DNA of 63,916 nt, the filler included, from Reticulomyxa filosa (lineage: Eukaryota; Protista; Foraminifera): the NCBI GenBank assembly GCA_000512085.1. It is 20 parts of 20 records of this genome, joined end to end, with 100 filler letters (N's around TTAATTAATTAA, not from the genome) between each part and the next. Parts side by side here need not be neighbours in the genome. Positions count along the whole stretch, not along the records: positions 19,789 to 25,241 come from ASPP01005643.1; positions 25,342 to 26,541 come from ASPP01012494.1; positions 26,642 to 28,701 come from ASPP01007946.1; positions 28,802 to 34,270 come from ASPP01009711.1; positions 34,371 to 35,370 come from ASPP01046913.1; positions 35,471 to 43,034 come from ASPP01007117.1; 14 more parts are not named here. One strand, written 5' to 3'. The position numbers and the translations under genes were made by a program. Numbering within the stretch: the first letter of the stretch is position 1; each line of letters opens with the position of its first letter. Under the pieces are notes generated by a model. That model did no database searches. It saw only the letters and a list, made by a program, of their open reading frames with translations, and was not told the DNA's origin. Positions 24,010-35,551 of this stretch are shown here, piece after piece.

Positions 24010-24290
24010 TGGTGCTTTAATCTATACACCCTATCCATATGCCCTGACTGATAACTAGTGTCAGTTAAGGTTTAAAACAAGCCTTACATGGACAGAGCCT
24101 ACCTATAAAATTTGAGTGCTCACCTTAACTTAGGTTATATATTGACAATATATAACCGGATACAATCGTCTGTACTGAATGTCTTCTTATATAACAAATA
24201 TCTAGGGAAATTTGAATATATGATAGCTTCAATGCTAGAAATTCATGTTCCTACTAGCTGATAAATATATTATGTCTAATGTTATATATA
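24010..24290 (+). ncRNA. Candidate structured non-coding RNA (family not recognised)
   Basis: Dense set of hairpins with G-U pairs in an ORF-free intergenic region; see findings. Confidence 0.35.
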
Positions 24291-24491
24291 CTCCAAAATT
24301 TTGCGTGAATTACACTTTCTTTTTAATCAATAACAAGCTGGAAATGCATAGTAAATGATACAGAAGAAAAACAAAGATTGGACAATTGAATGTTTGAGAA
24401 ATAATTTTATTAATTTCAAAAATGTGCAAAAGCTTTTGTTAGTTGTAAATATTATTTTTTCAGTTTTGGTAAAAAAAAACAAAAGAAATGT

Positions 24492-25070
24492 TTAGAAATC
24501 GATGACCCCATATGCCCTAGCAGAATACGATTTTTGCCATCTAGCCGGAAGTTCTGCCATAACTTCAGCTTCTTCTGGTGTCATACCATCCTGTAATAGC
24601 CCAATACGATATTCTTCTCGGACTTTGAATCCCACAGCTTCTTGTAAAGTTTTGAATCCATCTTTTTCACTGTGTTGTCCCAATTCTCGTAACATTCGTT
24701 TCATCAACACAGGTCCATTGAACACGAGACCAGTATAAACTTGTACCAAACTTGCTCCACAAAGAATCTTTTCATACACATCAATTGTGCGCATGATACC
24801 ACCTACCCCAATCAAAGGTACGCTGCCATTGGTATACAAATACAATTTCTTGAGCACTTCATTGCTGCGACTAAATAAGGGTTGTCCACTCAGTCCACCA
24901 GTTTCTGATCCGTGTTTGTGGTCTTTCAAAGATTCCGGACGCATCACACTAGTATTTGTGACAATGATGCCATCGATCCCAACTGTTCGCACAACGTCGG
25001 CAATACTGTATAATTCCGCATCACTCAAATCCGGTGCAATCTTTACCAACAATGGTGGAGGAGGGACTTT
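24492..25070 (-). CDS. DHODH: Dihydroorotate dehydrogenase (quinone, class 2), last exon
   Basis: PPLLVKIAPDLS, DGIIVTNT, ETGGLSGQPL, PLIGVGGI, GASLVQVYTGLVFNGP. Confidence 0.95.
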   Translation of the reverse strand, partial: KVPPPPLLVKIAPDLSDAELYSIADVVRTVGIDGIIVTNTSVMRPESLKDHKHGSETGGLSGQPLFSRSNEVLKKLYLYTNGSVPLIGVGGIMRTIDVYEKILCGASLVQVYTGLVFNGPVLMKRMLRELGQHSEKDGFKTLQEAVGFKVREEYRIGLLQDGMTPEEAEVMAELPARWQKSYSARAYGVIDF

Positions 25071-25082
25071 ATGTTTTTTAGT

Positions 25083-25115
<33 letters not shown>

Positions 25116-25341
25116 TAAAAAAAAAATTTTTTAGGTTTTTTTTTTTTTCTTTTAGTTAAGTCTTTTAATTAATTCTACACCAAGGCCACACAGCCACACA
25201 ACCACACTACAATGGTATATTTGTATAAGCAGGTACAGCAGNNNNNNNNNNNNNNNNNNNNNNNNNNNNNNNNNNNNNNNNNNNNTTAATTAATTAANNN
25301 NNNNNNNNNNNNNNNNNNNNNNNNNNNNNNNNNNNNNNNNN

Positions 25342-25379
<38 letters not shown>

Positions 25380-26399
25380 GCTATGTTTCTTATTGCTATT
25401 CTTCTTATTCCTTTTCGTTTTTGTAGTGTCTTTTCGCGTCTGCTTTCGTTGTTGCCTTTTGTCATCAGACGTGGTGGTGGTGGTCGTGCTGCGATCCTGT
25501 CGCGCTTTGCCATGAAATGGAGAGATATACTGGCGATGGTCCTCGTCATTGTCATTGTCATTGTCATTGTCATTGTCATTGTCATCACCGTCCTCTGTAA
25601 ACTGGTGGTTGTAGCGCGATTGTGCGCTGGGTGTGATGAATTGATGCGGGTCTGATCCGGAAGGGTCACTATTGATACAAGGGAACTGAGGATCCAATGG
25701 TTGCAACAGATCATTTGAATTATTATTATTATTATTATTATTATTACGACTACCATGTTTATGAGCATCTCTATCTCTATCTCTATCTCTATCTCTATCT
25801 CCTCCAAGCGAAACGACAACTCCTGACTCGAGTTGTGGTGGCAGTGGCAGTGGCAGTGACTGACGCGACAACATGTTGCGCTCTTCATAGGACGCGGTCT
25901 CGTAGATAGCGCGGATGCGATAGGCTTGCAGCCAGTAGGGCAGCGCGATCATGAACCACACGACGTTGTTCAACGATCTCGTAGGATTGCACGTGAGCCA
26001 GTTGGGCGAGTACATGATACCGAAACAACACCACGTGACGAATACAAACACTCCTGCGGCGAAGCCGACCAGCAAGTAGCGACTTCGACTTCGCAACGGG
26101 TGCTTCGTGCGTCGTCGCACATACGTGTAACACACGACTGCAAACATCTTCACAAACAGTATGTAATAACACAGATAGAATATTCCGCGCACACAGTTGA
26201 CTGTCTCGCCGCATATGTCGTCACTCACCACTGTCTTTATGTGTCTCACCACATAGTCGAGTGACCTTTCCTTTGTCGACCAATACTCGTCGCTTTTGTA
26301 CACTTGCTTAAAGTATGTCATCCCACTTATGCCCAACACAAAACTCGCCAACGGACTCACCACCAATACTATCGATATACATAACTCCAATCGCATCAA
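25342..26399 (-). CDS. N-terminal transmembrane part of a probable 7TM-RGS-type protein (3'-truncated)
   Basis: TM - RRRTKHPLRSRSRYLL - TM - C...VWFMIALPYWLQAYRIRAIY is the pattern of the 7TM region of 7TM-RGS proteins. A low-complexity loop follows (DR, DN, poly-N repeats). Confidence 0.55.
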
Positions 26400-26740
26400 C
26401 CACAGACTTTTCCATTCCTTTGCTTTTGCTGTCTTTTCATTACCATTACCATTATCATTATCATCATCATCATCATCACCGTCATCGTCATCTCCTTCTT
26501 CTTCTTCTTCTTCTTCTTCTTCACTGTTGTTGTCGTTGTTCNNNNNNNNNNNNNNNNNNNNNNNNNNNNNNNNNNNNNNNNNNNNTTAATTAATTAANNN
26601 NNNNNNNNNNNNNNNNNNNNNNNNNNNNNNNNNNNNNNNNNCAAATCATAGGATAAGGGAAGGGGGAGAGAAAAATTATATATGCATATATATATGTATA
26701 TATATATATATGTATATATGTATGTGTGAATTTTTGTAAG

Positions 26741-27184
26741 CCTCAATCCGATGAAAGCATATTGAATTTGTCATCCATTCCCAATATTACCAAACCTGTT
26801 GATGTCGACTTGGATGGCTCGCTGTTGTTGCCGACAGGGGAGTTGCATGGAGACACACTCGTCGATGAAAAGCATCAAGGAGACACTTTCACTTTGCCAG
26901 ATTTTGTTTCTAGAAATGCTTTAGAGAACACACGCAATGCTTTTCTGTCCAATGTCTCACTAAACAATGCCATTCATGCTTGGAATGCTCTTGTCGATGG
27001 GGCTGGCGCAGCTTCCAATCGATTGAGTGTTGCGTGGATTGGATGCATCCCATTTTTCATTTTCTTCATCTTGTTTGTTGATTTGCTCAACAACGACTGG
27101 TTACTAAAAAATGATCATATCGCATGGGGACTTGTCGCGTGTTTTTTAGGGTTGCTTTGGCTCGTATTTGATCCGAAGCACTGA
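26741..27184 (+). CDS. Terminal exon of a hypothetical protein with a C-terminal two-helix membrane anchor
   Basis: ORF after a (TA)n intron, ending VAWIGCIPFFIFFILFV...IAWGLVACFLGLLWLVFDPKH*. Confidence 0.5.
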   Translation, partial: PQSDESILNLSSIPNITKPVDVDLDGSLLLPTGELHGDTLVDEKHQGDTFTLPDFVSRNALENTRNAFLSNVSLNNAIHAWNALVDGAGAASNRLSVAWIGCIPFFIFFILFVDLLNNDWLLKNDHIAWGLVACFLGLLWLVFDPKH

Positions 27185-27584
27185 CTTTTTTTTTTTTTGA
27201 GGAGGAAACAAAAAAAAAAAACAAATATTCAAAAAAACGAAAGACTCATTTGAATCAGCGGATTTTTCTACCACATTATTTTTATTCAAACGTCGCAAAA
27301 GGCACAAACATGTTCTTTCAATTTTGAAGTAATGTGATTTGTTTGTTTTATTTGTTTGATTGACTTTGTGCTTAAAGATTAGTGCTGTCTCAATTGACTA
27401 GTTTATTTACAATAATTTAATGCTGGAAAACAGAAATAAACGCTTTAAAAATAAATAACATAATTATGCATATTATTCATATGTGAATAATCTCGTTGAC
27501 AAGGAGGATCAAAAAGACAAGAATAAATGTTTAGTGACCGTACGAAAGGGCTTTTCCGCGTGAGCAATACCAAGTAAAAAAAAA

Positions 27585-28680
27585 ATGTATGTCCCAAAGA
27601 AGGACATTTGTATCGACGAAAGCAAATCCAAAAACGAGACTGGCTATATAATCGGAAATGTCTTCGTGGTCTTGTATTGCTTATGCTGCGTATTATTTAA
27701 TTTGTTTTACCTGAGACGTTTTTACCTGAAGCGCAACGATGACCAAATAGGTTCAAAGTGGCTACATATAAATAATAACAATAAAATTGTACTGACATGC
27801 ATGTAGCTAAGCATGTATGCACATGTGTGTGTATGTATGAACTATTGAACAGCTCAAAGGCGACCAAACCTGACAATTGCAATAGTGTTATTGAGTATTC
27901 CAATTACAATGTTTCATATTCCATTTGCCATCAATTTTTACACGTTGGAATGTATAACAGAAGTGAGCGTGTTTCGCATGCACGATAAAAATGGGAAAGA
28001 CGCACGGTCCACACGTGGTTGGGAAGAGTTTTTTTTGGTATCAGCATTCATGGCGATATTTGCCTGGGCTTTCATGATCGTTACAAAGTTAAAAAAAAAA
28101 AAAAAAGGGAACCAAAAAAAAAAAATAAAATAATAACTTCAAAAAAAAAAAAAAAGAGTGTGGATATTACGTTACGAATATGAACGCAATCGTGCAATTC
28201 GCTCATCGGATTGGAGGAAATCGTTTGACACGATGGCAATAAAAACTCCCGATTGGTATTCGGCACATCGATCGACGTATGGCAATGAGTTATGGGTGTT
28301 GAAGATCTTGGCATTGCCATACATTTTGTGCATTGTATTGTTTGTCTTAGTCTCACCGATAATGTATTATATCCGTGATTGGGCTTATTTGACCGCAGTT
28401 GTCTGCGTATGTTTGGCATCGACATTAGGGGTTATCGTATTAAATGTCTGGAAAATCCGAAAAATTCATGACAATTTCCTTATTCGTCACGAGATACTTT
28501 GTTTTGTTTTTGTTTTCTTTTTTTTTAAAAAATAAAAACAATAATAATAATAATATATATATATATATATTATTATTATTATTATTTAATTTAACCTTTT
28601 ATAATATATATACATACATATGTGTGTATACATATGCATTTGTGCGTTTTTGTAATGTGAATGGGATATTGAAACAGTGA
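27585..28680 (+). CDS. Multi-exon 7TM region of a probable 7TM-RGS protein (3'-truncated)
   Basis: TM1-RRFYLKRNDDQIG/RRPNLT-TM2, RVWILRYEY, W...TYGNELW, KIRKIHDNFLIRHEI (the DxFxIRxE motif also seen at 34195-34215). Confidence 0.6.
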
Positions 28681-28801
28681 TGGCTAAGTTACATTTAAAC
28701 ANNNNNNNNNNNNNNNNNNNNNNNNNNNNNNNNNNNNNNNNNNNNTTAATTAATTAANNNNNNNNNNNNNNNNNNNNNNNNNNNNNNNNNNNNNNNNNNN
28801 N

Positions 28802-30218
28802 GTATCATCGCCAGCGTTATCACCTTCCATATCATCGGTTAGTTGTTCACTCAATACATCCAAATAATATTTTTCCAAGAAGCCTAAATCTTCACGCGCT
28901 TCATCAAATTCGCCTTCTTCCATTCCTTCTCCAAGGTACCAATGTACAAACGCTCTTTGTGAGTACATAAGATCATACTTTTGGATAATGCGTTTACTAA
29001 ACACTCGCGAAATGCCCATGTTGTTGGCTATCATTACAGCATTTTTACTAAATGCTCCAATATCGTCAGATTCCAATGTTACAGTTGGTACATTATTTAA
29101 GCCTATCTTGAAGCTAGTTGGGCACCACTCAACTAATGCTACTTTATTGTTGGACTTTAACCATTGGACAGTTGCGTTTGCTTCTTTCGATGTTATATTA
29201 CCACGATAATTTAAGTAAATGGTCACATATTTATCTTCGGTGGGATCAAATTCAGTGTATTTCACAAACCAATTCGCTGGATTAAAACAATCATCTGTAA
29301 TTTTTTGGACATCATTTGGCGCGGTTGAAACATCGACTTTCGGTATGATTGGGCTCATGCCAGTAGTCATAAAATGTAAACGTGGGAAAGGGATCAAATT
29401 CGTTTGTAACCCACTCAAGTCTACGTTCAATTCACCTCTAAATCGCAAAGATGCTGTCATGGAGGAGATAACCTTCGAAATTAATTTGTTCAAGTTGTTC
29501 AAATCTGGTTTCGCAATTCGCAATTGTTTTTGACAGATCCCGTAAATGGCCTCGTTATCCAATAATAAAGAAATGTCAGTATGGTCCAATAGCCATTGAG
29601 TCGCCAACAACGCATTATAAGGTTCAACTACACATGTGGACAAATTTGGTGAAGGGTAAATCTCTAAACCAATTTTTGGCTTTTTATAATCAACAGTCAA
29701 ATGTTTCAAAATTAAGGCGCCCAACCCTGAGCCAGTGCCTCCACCTACACTGTGTCCGATTATAAAGCCCATTACATTATCACAGCTGTCAACAAGTTTT
29801 CTCAATCGGTCATTCACTTTATCAATTATTTGCTTCCCAATTGTATAGTGGCCACGGGCAAAATTGTTTGCTGCGTCCTCTTTCCCATGGACTAAAAACT
29901 CATGGTTGAAGATTGCTGCAAAAGGGCCGTTTTTTACATCATCAATCACATTCGGTTCCAAGTCAACCTATTTTTTTGTGAGTTATATGTAAAATGGAAA
30001 AACGGATCGCTAATATAGCACTTAACTGCAAGGTTACGAGAAACAAATTGACCACTACATGTTTCTTCAAAAAAGACCTTAAAACAGTCGTCCTTTACTG
30101 CGTTCTCCTTTCTTTTGCCACCATTGTCAATTGCGTGCTCTGCGCAATATTGTTCCCAAATGGCGTTTCCTAGTTGTATGCCGGCTTGGCCGACCTCAAT
30201 TGTGAGAATTTCTCTCAT
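28802..30218 (-). CDS. TUBA: Divergent alpha-tubulin (retarian/foraminiferan alpha2-like), 2 exons, tail truncated
   Basis: MREI...VGQAGIQLGNA, KEDAANNFARGHYT, HSVGGGTGSG, VVEPYN, AFVHWY.GEGMEEGEF.EAREDL. Intron ~29970-30025. Confidence 0.95.
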
Positions 30219-30719
30219 TTTATTCGTAAAAAATTAAATGATACTTGAAAAAAATCGAACAAAAAAAAAGGAACTCACAAACTCCCCTTCTTTTAAAAAG
30301 CTAAAGGAGTTCTTCCAGTTTGAGACTAAATATCATTGTTGTTTCGTATAACTCGTAAAAAAAACTTTTTCAAATACTCTTTGACGTAATAATTAACTAT
30401 GAAAAAAGGAAAAACTTTAAAAAAAGCCAACATTGAATTTGTAACATCTTAAATTTCTTTTTGGCCCGTTATTTGCTTTTGGTAGTCCCTGTTTATAACA
30501 TAACACATTGGTAGCAAATCTCAATTTATCATATCAAAAATTAAAAAAACAGTATGTTGTACTTTAACTTAGCATATGGAGTTGTAAAGGACTTTTGTGC
30601 GCCACTCTGATGAGTTGAAACAATTTAAGTGGTAGCACATGAAGTTGTGTAAATGGATTAAATCCATTTTCGTTTTGATTCATGAAAGGCAAGTGAAATT
30701 TTGGATCAATGATAATTGA

Positions 30720-31110
30720 TCGCTGCAGTCGTGGGTTTTGTAAATACCAACCAATTGATTTGCAATTCAAAAATATTGTTACGCAAAGATGTTATTACGA
30801 ATTGGCATTTTTGTTCGTGACTTGACATAATTGGCCACAATACTGACATTTTTGAAATCCAAAGCAGCGTCAATTTCATCCATAAAATACAATGGAATGT
30901 GCTTGTATTGATGCAAAGCAAACACTAAAGCTATATGTGAAAGGGTTTTTTTTCTCTGCCTGATAAATTACTGATATTCTTCCATGACTTTTTAGGCGTC
31001 GAACACTGAAAGATACTCCCTCGCTAAATGGGTCAATACTATCCACTAGTTTTAACTCAGCATCACCGCTACAAGTCAATATGCGATACATTTCTTTCAA
31101 TTTGGTCGTA
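30720..31110 (-). pseudogene. SMC4: Isolated, frameshifted fragment of the SMC4 C-terminal ATPase head
   Basis: LKEMYRILTCSGDAELKLVDSIDPFSEGVSFSVR / KKSWKNISNL / MDEIDAALDFKNVSIVANYVKSRTK / QFVITSLRNNIFELQINWLVF, spread over several frames. Confidence 0.85.
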
Positions 31111-32590
31111 GTTAATTAAAAATCATTCAGACTGTATGCCTGAGTAGAGAAACTTTCCCAACAATGAAGAGCAGAAACAGGTTTTCACCCGAAGTGTACT
31201 CCAAAGAGCGGTAACAAAGGAGCAAGCAAATCATGTTCTGGAAATTCGTGTCAAACAAAAAAGACTCCTAAACAAATCCTCCAACAAGAGATGTAGATGG
31301 AAAATATGTAAATATTCCCTTATGTTTTCTCAAATTTTTTTGTAGAGAATTAATAGTAAAAAAAAAGGATTTGTAAATTAATATAAATAAAAATAAATGT
31401 TAAATTAGAACAATTGAGTCCATTATTATTGATCATACTGTTACACTAACAAAAAGAAGTATGTTTGTTGTTTGTAGTATGAACCCTCGTATTGAAAAGG
31501 CTGCTTTTGGTACCTTTTACAAAGATATGATTTGAAAACAACACAACATATTGCCATCAAATTAATCACAATTAATAACATGAATAAAGACCATTATAAT
31601 GTGTATTTCTAATATTTATAATTGTGACCATCCTTCCTTTTTTTATGTAAATGTTCCATTTGCACATTGTTGTTTTTTTTTTCATTAGCCTTTTTTTACA
31701 GCAAGCAAAGTGAATCGATATCATTGATAGTGATGCATAAAACATGTTGGTGTTGTTTGGAATCAATCTTTTGATATCAATATAATTGATTCGAGAAAAA
31801 AAAATACACGTAAAGAGTATTTATGTCCATCATTATTACTATTTGCGTATTCAAACGCAATCAGTGTTCCATGATCGCAAATAAATAGACAACATTAAGC
31901 AGATGTTTCCACTGCCCCTTTTTATGTCCCATAGGAGCGTCCACTTTGATGCGTTCCAAATGGTAATGCTTCGTCGTTGCTCTAAGCATCACTTGTATTT
32001 TTTTTTATTAGCAGACCTTCGAACTCTAGTGTATTGCCCCAATACCCAAACTCTATGTGAACGCTTTCTTTCCAACTTCACAATCAACCGGCCAAGTATC
32101 CAATAACCGAATGTCTGATTTAATTGAATTGCGTTTGACCCTGTCTCTGGCCTTGTCTTTGGTAAGTCGTCGTTAAAGATGTAGTTGCTATATGTATGTA
32201 ACGAGTTTATAACATGAACAAAGTATTGCAAGCGATGAAATTTTTAAGAAAATGGTATTGTAAGTGGAAGAAGAACAAAGTACAATGTGGAAAAAAATAA
32301 AGAATTTGTGATTTTCTTTATATTGAAAAATATATTTACTAGCTTTAAGTTCAACTATGAAAGCAAGTAGTATTTTCTTTCTGTTTTGTTTTTTTTTTTT
32401 GCTTATTGACACAAAAAAATCTTGTGTAAAATTAGAAATGTATCAAAAAGTTTGTACACTAGATCATTCAGAAAAAGTGACACTAGAGAAAAAAAGAATT
32501 AAAAGAAAAAAGAAAGAAGCACAAACATCTTTTTGTAAATCATTTTTTTTAATTGTGTTGAAGAGGACAAGTGTATTTGAGCTTTTCATT

Positions 32591-33515
32591 TTATGTTTCC
32601 GACAATATTCCGGATAATTTCGAATATTCATCTGATGTGATAAATCTTGATTCACTATCACGTAACAATAGCAATTGTTCTTTGATTGCAGAATCAAACA
32701 CTTCAAACAATTCACGATGTGACAAGGTTGGGATTGGGCATTCACTTTCTGCAATAAAAGCATTGAATTTTTCTTTGATTTTTTGTCGACTACGATAAGA
32801 AATGTTAATTTGCAATGCAGCATCTTCTCGCACATAACGTCGAAATAAAATATAAGCAATTGCTTTATATTTATCATTTTGAAAAGAAGCAGGGACTTTA
32901 ATATTTTCATTCCAATTGTCATGCACAATTGCAGATTTGGGGATATTTGAATTCCTTTGAGGCATGGGTAACATTATCAAGCGATATCCTGAACATATAT
33001 GTATATATATTGTTATATAGATTTCAATCAAACAAGTAAATGTATACGTCAAAAATAGGTAAATTACCGTCGATGGAATGCATAGCTCGAAAAGGATTTT
33101 TTTCATATTGTTCATAAATATTCTTGGCCATTTCCAAGTACTTTTGATCGGATTCAGCGTCAAATACACTTTTGCTACTCTGTTGGAGGACATGGGCTCC
33201 AAGTAAGTCCAGCTCCATGGATGCATTTGAGCTGGGATGAGCAATATGAGAAGATTTTTCGTTCAGACTTGGAATGGATCGTGATATCGACTGTGACTGT
33301 ATCGTCTTTACGGACACTGAGAGAAAGCTATGTTTGATTATCTGGGCCATCAACGGGAGCAGATAGGATTCGTCGTTGAGTAGCAATTCTTTGAATTGCG
33401 TGAATTCAATGCACGACAGCAAGCACTCCATACTGAACCTTTTGTTGTGGTTATGCAATTTGAGAGGATCAATATATTTGAGCCATTACGCACACATAAT
33501 AAATAAATAACATAA

Positions 33516-33553
<38 letters not shown>

Positions 33554-34230
33554 GTATATGTACACATATGCATATTTATATTTAGTATACTTTTTTTTTG
33601 AGAGTTCTATGCATCCCTCCTTTTGGTATTATATAAACATTTACAAAAAAAAAAAAAAAAATTGGACAAACACAAAACTCGTCACACAAATGCAACATGA
33701 ATGTCTCAAATCCCACCGAATTTTGTAAGATCGTTGTAAGCAGACTGCCAGCTTCCTTAACAAAAATGATCATGACTTCTCCGGATTTGTTTTTGGAATG
33801 CTTGGACGGGTGCCTGTCGCTATCTTTTTTTTCTTCCTCTCTGTCTTTGGGTTTGGCTACTTGCTTGCTCGACGCACCTGCACTGTCAGTGTGAATATCA
33901 TCAAGTGCCGGTTTCAGCGTCCATTGGTTCCAATAGTCTTTGACGAAGCCAAGCGACGATTGGTTGCCACTTTTTTGCGACTTGGCATGTTGGTTATAAC
34001 GTAGTCCTTTCTTTCCATCAGCTTTGATTTGGTACACAACAAACAGTGTTACTGACAATGACATGAGAGAAAGCATTAGCCAGTCTTCAAAGGCAAACGC
34101 CACTTGCGTCCAATAATATCCACTCGACTCCAAAGCGAACGTTAGCACGTACGAGAAAACGCAGTCCAGTCCGTAAAAGCACATAAACAGCCTCATTTCT
34201 TCACGAATATGAAATCTTTTTTTTTTTTTT
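32591..34230 (-). CDS. C-terminal TM helices + RGS domain of a 7TM-RGS protein, multi-exon (5'-truncated)
   Basis: FHIREEMR + two TMs; LTTILQNSVGFETFMLHLCDE/FSMECLLSCIEFTQFK; LFRRYVREDAALQINISYRSRQKI; VFDSAIKEQLLLLRDSESRF. Confidence 0.85.
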
Positions 34231-34370
34231 TGAGTGGATCAAATGAATTGCCACAACAGCAACAAAAAAANNNNNNNNNNNNNNNNNNNNNNNNNNNNNN
34301 NNNNNNNNNNNNNNTTAATTAATTAANNNNNNNNNNNNNNNNNNNNNNNNNNNNNNNNNNNNNNNNNNNN

Positions 34371-35226
34371 TGAAAAGGCCAAATGCTGGTATATTCATAT
34401 CCAAACCAAAAGATGGTACATCTCCTTCAATTTCCCATGACTGTGCTTCATTGGCAGTGCAGCTTGCAGTGAGCTTATGCATAATGTTAGTTCCAACAAA
34501 CTCTTTAATTCCTAAATAAAAGCCGGCATGTCTCAACGATGATATTTTAAATCGAGCGCCATCTATGCTTCGAGATATTTCCCAAATTTGAGATCGTGAA
34601 CGAGGCCTTTTTTCCTTATTGGCGCAGTTGCCAAATCCATTACAAGTCAGATACAATTTTTTGCCTCCGTTTGATCCATTTTCCGCATTTCCAATTGCTT
34701 GATTTTCCTCACTTGATGTTTTCTCTACGTATTCAAGCATCACGCCCATGTCCAGTGCACGTACTGTAAACGTAAGTGCTTTGTTCTTGCTCACTTTCTT
34801 GGCAATGATTTGCGGCTTTAGTTTTCCTGGAGACATCACTAATGACACCCTCTTATTCCAAAAGGTCGTAAACAGTTGAATTTTTTTCCCGTCCAAAGTT
34901 TTGGCAATATTTTCATACTTATGTAATTGGTCAACGAATTCATCGTCAAACAAATGTCTCACATTTACTGCTCGCGCTTTGTCTATAACTACGCTTGCCA
35001 CATTTCGGGCTGTCGTAATCTCCAGCTCGGGCTTGAATGTAGGCTCGTATTCCTCTTGTCTGTCCGATGTCTGTGAATATCGCAAATAATCCTCTTGTTC
35101 AAATAACCATTGCAATCGAATTTGGAATTTGATTTTGCACTCTGCCCTTGCTTCTTCCAATTTTTCTTGAATATCCAAATGTATTATTTGCAGACTCATA
35201 TAACATAATCTCGATATCACCTCCAT
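34371..35226 (-). CDS. Hypothetical protein with a probable beta-trefoil (ricin-B/fascin-like) domain
   Basis: KKLYLTCNG...RSQIWEI...FKISSLRHAGFYLGI...EAQSWEI: repeated YL...QxW units. Confidence 0.5.
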
Positions 35227-35551
35227 GGATTTGCTTGGTATTCGATTGACCTATTTTTCATTTTTCATTTTTTTTTTTTTTTTTTTTAAAACAAATAATA
35301 ATAATAAATCTTTAAACAAACCATGGTCAAACGTGCATTCCTTGGGTCCTTCTTTTTTCTTCCATCCTTTNNNNNNNNNNNNNNNNNNNNNNNNNNNNNN
35401 NNNNNNNNNNNNNNTTAATTAATTAANNNNNNNNNNNNNNNNNNNNNNNNNNNNNNNNNNNNNNNNNNNNAAAAAAGTACGGCCGTTAATGTATACGTAT
35501 ATATATGTATATATGTATATATAAATATATATACATATATATGTACATATA

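Noticed and set aside
24040-24095. Hammerhead ribozyme in the three-way junction
   Set aside because: The CUGANGA/GAAA core is not present on either strand.
19789-25241. GTPase-QCR7-DcpS-DHODH as a functional cluster
   Set aside because: Unrelated housekeeping genes in mixed orientations; ordinary gene-dense eukaryotic DNA.
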